Positions 58,330 through 64,000 of a stretch of 64,000 bases of DNA are shown here, piece by piece; position 1 is the first letter of the stretch; every line of letters begins with the position of its first letter. Origin of the DNA: Candidatus Krumholzibacteriia bacterium (lineage in GTDB: Bacteria > Krumholzibacteriota > Krumholzibacteriia > LZORAL124-64-63); assembly GCA_046484865.1 (NCBI GenBank), contig JAWOID010000144.1, positions 32,001-96,000 on the forward strand, given 5' to 3'. The notes under the pieces were generated by a model, which saw only the letters and a program-made list of their open reading frames with translations, was not told where the DNA came from and did no database searches. The translations under genes and the position numbers were made by a program.

Positions 58330-58554
58330 CTAGCGCCGTTCCGCCACCGCGGCGAAGATCTCCTCATCCTCCGGAAAGCGGCCCTGCCGCTTCTTGCTGA
58401 ACACGAGGTCACCGTCGACGGTGACCTCGAACACTCCGCCGCCGGAGGGCACCAGTTCCGGCGTCGCTCCGAAGCGCTCCTCGATGGCTGCCGCCAGACT
58501 GGCGGCCCGGGGCCCGTAGTCTCAGACCCGGCAGTACTCGATCGTGATCTTCAC
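58330..58554 (-). CDS. SelW/SelT/SelH (Rdx family) selenoprotein, 74 aa, CxxU
   Basis: Not in the ORF track. GTG start after GGAAGGA: MKITIEYCRV-U(TGA, 58524-58522)-DYGPRAASLAAAIEERFGATPELVPSGGGVFEVTVDGDLVFSKKRQGRFPEDEEIFAAVAERR-stop. Rdx motifs I.YCxxU, GG.FEV.V.G..vfSK...GRFP. Confidence 0.92.
58490..58506 (-). other. Bacterial SECIS-like hairpin
   Basis: mRNA GCCGCC-AGUCU-GGCGGC begins 15 nt after the in-frame UGA; G at the start of the apical loop. Confidence 0.7.
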
Positions 58555-58606
58555 GGTTCGTCCTTCCCGTGGCGTGAGGCGTGCGCCTGGAGAGCGGCGC
58601 CGGCGC

Positions 58607-59764
58607 TCAGAATCGCAACAGCGGCTTCGGCCAGGCGGCCAGCGTCTGCTCGAACGACTCGGGAGTGAAGTCCTCGGCGTGCACCACGCTCTGGCCCTCG
58701 CCCAGGATCACCTCCCAGATGCGGTCCTGGATGCGATTGGCGCGGTCCTCCAGCAGGTTGCGCGTCACGTACCAGGTCTGGAAGATCCGCCGGCCGATGA
58801 CGCTGTGCAGCGTGAGCCCGTTGACGATGAGCCGGTCGAAGGCCTGGATCTTGAACGCACCCTGCTTGATCCCGAAGAGGATCACGTGGCCGCCGCGCCG
58901 GGTGGACTGGATGGCGTTGTTCACGCTCGAGTTGAAACCGGCCATGTCCATGCTGACGTCGGCGCCGATGCCGCCGCACGCCGTGCGCACGGCCTGCACG
59001 ACGTGCTTGTCGGAACTCCAGCCGTTCCTGGTCGCGTGCGCGGTGTCGAGGGGGATGACCTCGTCCGCGCCCACCTGCCGCGCCATCTCGATGTTCTTGG
59101 GCTGCGGCTCCACGCCGACGATCCGGGTGGCGCCGAGGGCCTTCGCCACCATGATCGCGAAGAGGCCGATGGTCCCGCAACCGAACACGGCCACCGTGGC
59201 GCCGCGCAGGTCCGCGGTCGTGCAGGCGTGCACGGCGTTGCCGAACGGCTCCTGCACCGCGGCCACCTCGAGGCGGATCTTGCGCTGGTCCGTGGGCCAG
59301 AGCACGTTCGCTGGCAGCTGGATGTATTCGGCGAAGCAACCGTCACGCCCGATGCCGATGATCGTGTCCTGGCTGCAGATGTGGGTCTGTCCCGTGCGGC
59401 ACTGGTAGCACGCGCCGCAGATGATGTGCGACTCGGTCGAGACGATGTCCTTGGGCCGCAGGCCATGGCTGGCCGCCGCCCGCGTGCCCACGTCGACCAC
59501 CTCGCCGATCATCTCGTGGCCGATGACGCGGACCGTCCCGCCCTCCCGCTTCAGGCTGTCGAAGATCATGCCCTTGAAGGCCGTCCGGTTCCAGATGCCG
59601 CGGTCGCTGCCGCAGAATCCGGCGTAGACGACCTTCACGATCACGCTGTCGGCATCGGCAGGACGGGCGTTCTCGTCGAGCGTCGGGCGAGGCACCTCCC
59701 TCGACTCGAACCCGCGGGTGCTGTCCCATGGCATGCTGGCCTTGTCGTAGACCAGCGCCTTCAT
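58607..59764 (-). CDS. tdh: Zinc-binding dehydrogenase, L-threonine 3-dehydrogenase-like
   Basis: GFCGSD, IGHE, VSTESHIICGACYQC......C, IIGIGRDGCFAEY, QEPFGNAVH, GCGTIG, GRRIFQTW. Start 59764 or 59773. Confidence 0.7.
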   Translation of the reverse strand: MKALVYDKASMPWDSTRGFESREVPRPTLDENARPADADSVIVKVVYAGFCGSDRGIWNRTAFKGMIFDSLKREGGTVRVIGHEMIGEVVDVGTRAAASHGLRPKDIVSTESHIICGACYQCRTGQTHICSQDTIIGIGRDGCFAEYIQLPANVLWPTDQRKIRLEVAAVQEPFGNAVHACTTADLRGATVAVFGCGTIGLFAIMVAKALGATRIVGVEPQPKNIEMARQVGADEVIPLDTAHATRNGWSSDKHVVQAVRTACGGIGADVSMDMAGFNSSVNNAIQSTRRGGHVILFGIKQGAFKIQAFDRLIVNGLTLHSVIGRRIFQTWYVTRNLLEDRANRIQDRIWEVILGEGQSVVHAEDFTPESFEQTLAAWPKPLLRF

Positions 59765-59798
59765 CCCGTCCATCGGCTGGTACTCCGTCGGTGTGGCC

Positions 59799-61079
59799 TC
59801 AGTGGCTGCGGCCGCTCTGCGGCTCCTCGCCGAGCCAGCTGTCGTCGTACGGGTCGTCTTCCCATCCGCCCGCGGCGGCTCCGCGCTCCTCCTCCGCGAG
59901 CAGGTCGTCGAGCGACACGATCTCGGGCCCCTGCGCCTCGAGGGCCGCGTCCTCACCGTCGTCCGGACCGCGCAGGTCGGCGAGGAAGCGGTCGAAGCTG
60001 CCGTGCCACGAGCCGGTCCCGCCGCCGTGCCCGGATATCGCCGCATCCGGCGGACGGGCGCCCTGGGGGGCGATCCGCCGCGGCATCTCGCCGGCGGCCG
60101 CTTCCGCGGTGGCGGGACCGATCCAGTCCTCGACCGGCTCTCCCTCGCTCTCCGCATAGCCGGGCTGCGGCAGTTCCACGCCGGTGCGGGCGCAGTGACG
60201 CGACACCAGCTCGTCGGCGAGGTCGAAGTAGGCCCGGCTGCCCGGCGAGCGCCGGTCGTAGATCACCGCCGGCTTGCCGCGCAGGGCCATCTCGGCCAGC
60301 CGCGTGGTGCGGGGCACGGCGGTGCTCAGGAGCGTGGCGGCGTGGTCGCTGTGCAACCGCGCGGACACGTGCCGGCCCATGCGGGTGCGCTCGGTGGCCA
60401 TCGTGAGGAAGAGACCCTCCAGCTCGAGCGGTCGGGCCGCCGGTGCACCGCCGGTGCGGGCCCGCGCCTCCTCGAGGTCGGCGTTGCGGAAGCTGTCGAC
60501 GAAGGCGAGCAACGGCGCCACCGAGTCGCGGCACAGTTCCTCCGCCTGCACCGGCACCAGGAAACCGTCCGACGCCAGCAGGGCCGCCCGGGCGGGTGCG
60601 CCCAGGCCCGGCGGGCAGTCGAGAAGGATGGTGTCGTAGAGGTTGCGCGCGCGATCCATCTCGGTCACGAACGCGTCCACCCGATCCTCGAGCAGGGCGA
60701 GGAAGGCGTCCTCGTCCTCGAGCGAGAGGATGCCGGGCGAGGCGAAGAACAGGTTCTTCAGCGGCGACGTCTGGGCGAGATGCACCAGGGGACGTCCGTC
60801 CCGGAACATGTCGAGCAGGCGTCCGTCGAGTTCCTCGGGACCCCGGCCCAGGCTGCGGCAGACACCGCACTGCGGGTCCAGGCCCACGACGAGCACCGTG
60901 TGGCCGGACAGGGCCAGGGCCGCGCCCAGGTTCACCGCAGACGTGGTCTTGCCGACGCCTCCCTTGCGACTGATCAGGCTGATCACCCGGGCGGAGAGGG
61001 AGTTCCAGGGGGTGGTATGGCGTGCCACGGTGGCGATGCCGCCGGGGCGTTCGGGATGGGGCCGGCCGTTGTCGACCAT
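59799..61079 (-). CDS. ParA/Soj family ATPase with a long acidic C-terminal extension
   Basis: SRKGGVGKTTSAVNL, LDPQ, YDTILLDCPPGL, LVPVQAE, VPRTTRLAE...GKP; no parB adjacent. Confidence 0.88.
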   Translation of the reverse strand: MVDNGRPHPERPGGIATVARHTTPWNSLSARVISLISRKGGVGKTTSAVNLGAALALSGHTVLVVGLDPQCGVCRSLGRGPEELDGRLLDMFRDGRPLVHLAQTSPLKNLFFASPGILSLEDEDAFLALLEDRVDAFVTEMDRARNLYDTILLDCPPGLGAPARAALLASDGFLVPVQAEELCRDSVAPLLAFVDSFRNADLEEARARTGGAPAARPLELEGLFLTMATERTRMGRHVSARLHSDHAATLLSTAVPRTTRLAEMALRGKPAVIYDRRSPGSRAYFDLADELVSRHCARTGVELPQPGYAESEGEPVEDWIGPATAEAAAGEMPRRIAPQGARPPDAAISGHGGGTGSWHGSFDRFLADLRGPDDGEDAALEAQGPEIVSLDDLLAEEERGAAAGGWEDDPYDDSWLGEEPQSGRSH

Positions 61080-61280
61080 GGGAGCTGCTCCTTCCGGCCT
61101 GCACTGTCGATGAAGAGCACGTCAGGCGCGCATGAGGAGATCGAAAATTATCCCAACCGGGCACGCCGAACAAGAGCGAACTCACATGCGGCTTGAGAAC
61201 GCGCCGCCGGCGTCTACTTTTGGGGTGTCTCGCAGCACCCGCCGGTGCGAACCCGGTGGAGCCTTCAGCGGAGGAAGCTC

Positions 61281-61757
61281 ATGACCGGACGCATCGCGGT
61301 CGGCGGCATCACGCGCACGGACGGGCTCGTCCTCATCCGCGTGCTCGGTGCGCGACCCCAGCCCGGACTGGCCGCCAAGACGCTCTCCACTCTCGGCAAC
61401 CAGGGGATCAATCTCACCTGCGTCACGTCGTTCGTGGATACGGACCGACGAGACAACCTCTGCCTGGCGCTGGCCGAGAAGGATCTCGACCAGGCTCTGG
61501 GCCTGCTGCAGACCATCAAGGAGGAGATCGAGGCCGGCGCCATCGAGTACCAGCGCCGCTGCTGCGCCCTGTCCGTGTACGGTCCCCACTTCAGCGAGCG
61601 TCCCGCCATCGCGGCCCGCGTCTTCGAGGCCACCGCCGCCGCCGGCGTGGACGTCCTGGCCATCACCTCCTCCTTCGCTTCCGTGTCGTTCCTGGTCGAC
61701 GAGTCGGATGCCGAGGTGTCGGTGCAGCGGCTGCGCGAGGCCTTCGTCGTCCCCTGA
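61281..61757 (+). CDS. Tandem ACT-domain protein (aspartokinase regulatory/beta-subunit-like)
   Basis: QPGLAAKTLSTLGNQGINL and RPAIAARVFEA...GVDVLAITSS..SVSFLV; GGAGGA RBS. Confidence 0.8.
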   Translation: MTGRIAVGGITRTDGLVLIRVLGARPQPGLAAKTLSTLGNQGINLTCVTSFVDTDRRDNLCLALAEKDLDQALGLLQTIKEEIEAGAIEYQRRCCALSVYGPHFSERPAIAARVFEATAAAGVDVLAITSSFASVSFLVDESDAEVSVQRLREAFVVP

Positions 61758-61862
61758 ACCGCGCTCCCGGCAGCCCGGCGTCCCGCGGGAGATCGCCGTG
61801 CCAGCGTCGCTCCGGCGTCGTGCGCGACGGCGAGAAGCGGTTCTGGGCCGAGAAAATGTCCG

Positions 61863-63536
61863 TCAGTACCGGAAGCCGCTCTCGCCGATGAACTCGCGCA
61901 GCAGCGAGGTCGCCGGCACCTGACGGGCGTCGAGGGGCAGCAGCAGGGTCAGCAGTTCGATCAGGCTGCGGGCCGTGTCGAAATTGGGATCGTCGGGCGG
62001 GACGGCCGCCAGACGCGGCTCGGCCCAGAGCTTCAGCACCGCCAGCTCGTACGCCAGTCCGGAATTGAAGAAGACGTCCGCCTCGTCCTGGTAGGGGAAG
62101 ATGTGCCGCTCCTCGCCCGCGCGCACCTTGGGCCAGCGGGCCAGGGTCTCGGAGGCGGTGTAGCCGCGAAACTGGGCGTCGCGCACGATCCGCCGGAACA
62201 GGCGGGTGGTGGACGTGTGGATGTAGCTGGCGTTGTCCAGGTTGAGGTGACACAGCGCCGACACGTAGACCCGCAGCCGCTGCCGGGGCGGCACGGCTGC
62301 GGCCAGGCGCGGGTTGAGGGCGTGGATCCCCTCCACGATCAGCGGTTGCCCGGGTGCGATGACCGTCGGCGCGTCGCACAGGCAGCTGCGGCCGGTGCGG
62401 AAGTCGTAGCGCGGCAGCTGCACCGAGGCACCGGCGAGCAGGCGGCCGATGTCCTCGTTGAACGCATCCAGGCGCAGGGCCTCGAGAGCCTCGTAGTCGT
62501 AGTCGCCGAGCCCGTCGCGCGGGGTCTGATCGCGATCCACGAAGTAGTCGTCCAGCGAGACGGCCTGGGGCTCCAGACCGAGCACACGCAGTTGCAAGGC
62601 GAGTCGCTTGGCGAAGCTGGTCTTGCCGCTGCTGGAGGGACCTGCCACCATCACCACGCGGCCGTCGTCCGGCAGCTCGGCCACGCGGCGGGCGGTCTCG
62701 GCGATCACCTGGGCATGGCGAGCCTCGCAGACCTGCACCAGTTCCGCGGTGCGGCCGTCCACGATGTAGCGGTTCAGGTAACCGACGTCCTGGATCCCGA
62801 GTCGGCGCAGCCAGCCGCCGTACTCGCGGAGGCTGGCCAGCAGCTTGGGTCGGGGCTGGAAGTCGGGCAGCCGGTCCGGATCGTCGGCCTCGCCCGCCAG
62901 CAACACCAGGCCGGGAGGGACGGGTCGCAGCGCGAACGCGCGCACGAAGCCGGTGGACGGGAGCGTGCGGCCGAAGAAGAGGTAGCGCGCGTCCTCGATC
63001 CGGGCCAGGGTCACCTCGTCGCGACGGATGTACTGCAGCGTGGTGAAATCCTGGGTGAGACCGTTCTGCTGCCGCAGGCGCTGCAGGCCGCGCAACCCGA
63101 ACTGCTGGTGCACGATGGGCAGATCGGCCCGGGCCAGGTCCTGCATCTCCGCCTCCAGTTGCGCCACCTCCGCCGCCTCGAGCGGGGTCGCGCGCCGCAG
63201 TTCGGCGTAGATTCCCGGGCCGTAGCTGAAGTCGATCCAGATCTGGTCGTGCGGGAACAGCCGTTCCGCGGCCACCGCCAGCAAGAAGCAGAGCGTGCGC
63301 AGGCGGGTGTCGTGGACGCGGGGATCCCGCAGCCGGACCAGCTCGATCTCCTCCTCGCCCCACAGGGGCTGAGCGAGGCTGGTGAGCCGTCCGTTGATCA
63401 CGGCCAGCGCCACCGGGTCGTCCTCGCCGGCGCCGGGCGGGCCGCCCTGCGCCGCCAGGACCGCGTCCAGGGTGATGCCGGTGACGGTGGGGACGCGCTC
63501 GCCGTGGATCTCCACCCAGTGCTGCTTGTGGCCCAT
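61863..63536 (-). CDS. Nucleoside (uridine) kinase with an N-terminal TGS/ThrRS-like region
   Basis: N-terminal ALAVING.L..L, RTLCFLL..A; AGPSSSGKTSF, SLDDYF, DYEALEAL, VEGIHALN, RLFRRIVRD..FRG, W.KVRAGE..IFPYQ, SLLREFIG. Confidence 0.88.
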   Translation of the reverse strand: MGHKQHWVEIHGERVPTVTGITLDAVLAAQGGPPGAGEDDPVALAVINGRLTSLAQPLWGEEEIELVRLRDPRVHDTRLRTLCFLLAVAAERLFPHDQIWIDFSYGPGIYAELRRATPLEAAEVAQLEAEMQDLARADLPIVHQQFGLRGLQRLRQQNGLTQDFTTLQYIRRDEVTLARIEDARYLFFGRTLPSTGFVRAFALRPVPPGLVLLAGEADDPDRLPDFQPRPKLLASLREYGGWLRRLGIQDVGYLNRYIVDGRTAELVQVCEARHAQVIAETARRVAELPDDGRVVMVAGPSSSGKTSFAKRLALQLRVLGLEPQAVSLDDYFVDRDQTPRDGLGDYDYEALEALRLDAFNEDIGRLLAGASVQLPRYDFRTGRSCLCDAPTVIAPGQPLIVEGIHALNPRLAAAVPPRQRLRVYVSALCHLNLDNASYIHTSTTRLFRRIVRDAQFRGYTASETLARWPKVRAGEERHIFPYQDEADVFFNSGLAYELAVLKLWAEPRLAAVPPDDPNFDTARSLIELLTLLLPLDARQVPATSLLREFIGESGFRY

Positions 63537-63651
63537 GGCGCTCCCTGGCCGCGTAGCTCCGGCCCGCCGGGCGCCGGAGCCTTGGCTTGTCAGGATCGGG
63601 AAACGTGCTATCTATGACGCCGAGGTCCGCGGGGCGGAACCTGGCGGGGGC

Positions 63652-63954
63652 TCACGTCTCGCCACCGGTCTTGCCGGCTCCGCCGGGCGCCGGCTTGGCG
63701 TCGGTGCCACCCTTGGTATCGGCAGTCTTGGGGGACGGGTTGCGCGCGGAATCGTTGCCGTCGCCGCCGGTGGAGCGGCGCGAGTCGGTCACGTAGAACC
63801 CGGAGCCACGGAAGAGGATGCCCGCACCGCCGCTGATCAGCCGCTCCACCTTGCCGCGGCATTCGGGACAGCGCTTGCGCGGGGGATCCTGGATGGAGCG
63901 GATCTCCTCGAAGATGTGGCCGCACCTGGTGCATTCGTATTCGTAGGTGGGCAC
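63652..63954 (-). CDS. FmdB family zinc-ribbon protein
   Basis: MPTYEYECTRCGH.FE...CPECRG...RLIS....FRGSGFYVTD; GGGAGG RBS. Confidence 0.9.
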   Translation of the reverse strand: MPTYEYECTRCGHIFEEIRSIQDPPRKRCPECRGKVERLISGGAGILFRGSGFYVTDSRRSTGGDGNDSARNPSPKTADTKGGTDAKPAPGGAGKTGGET

Positions 63955-64000
63955 GGTGAACCTCCCGGTGAAGGCGCCGGTGCCTGCGGCGCCGGATCGT

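Overview
Very GC-rich bacterial chromosome segment, gene-dense and mostly on the + strand up to ~57.5 kb. A gingipain with an 'NHPNPFNP...WNGRD' C-terminal domain, DUF4159/DUF4175-like genes and RicT suggest an FCB-superphylum lineage such as Krumholzibacteriota/Latescibacterota (inference only). Housekeeping genes: ftsE-ftsX-envC, holB-ricT-tatD-rsmA, secD (apparent 1-nt frameshift)-secF, fur, alr, lipA, an msbA-like ABC exporter, a tdh-like dehydrogenase, an orphan parA and a uridine-kinase fusion. Less ordinary content: (i) a SelW/Rdx selenoprotein gene absent from the ORF track, with a CxxU motif, in-frame TGA and a SECIS-like hairpin (58330-58554, minus); (ii) two consensus sigma54 promoters, one before a ~14 kb cluster (giant NtrY-like kinase, DUF4159, DUF4175, TPR, secreted protein) and one before a pseudo-kinase / sensor-less hybrid kinase pair; (iii) an 11-heme CbcL-like cytochrome c/b fusion; (iv) an apparently orphan, membrane-anchored GAP1-like protein; (v) an uncharacterised outer-membrane beta-barrel followed by two paralogous lipoproteins; (vi) a perfect palindromic Fur-box variant in the fur promoter. 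I saw no rRNA, tRNA, CRISPR array or mobile element. All family assignments come from motif recognition by eye; no database searches were run.
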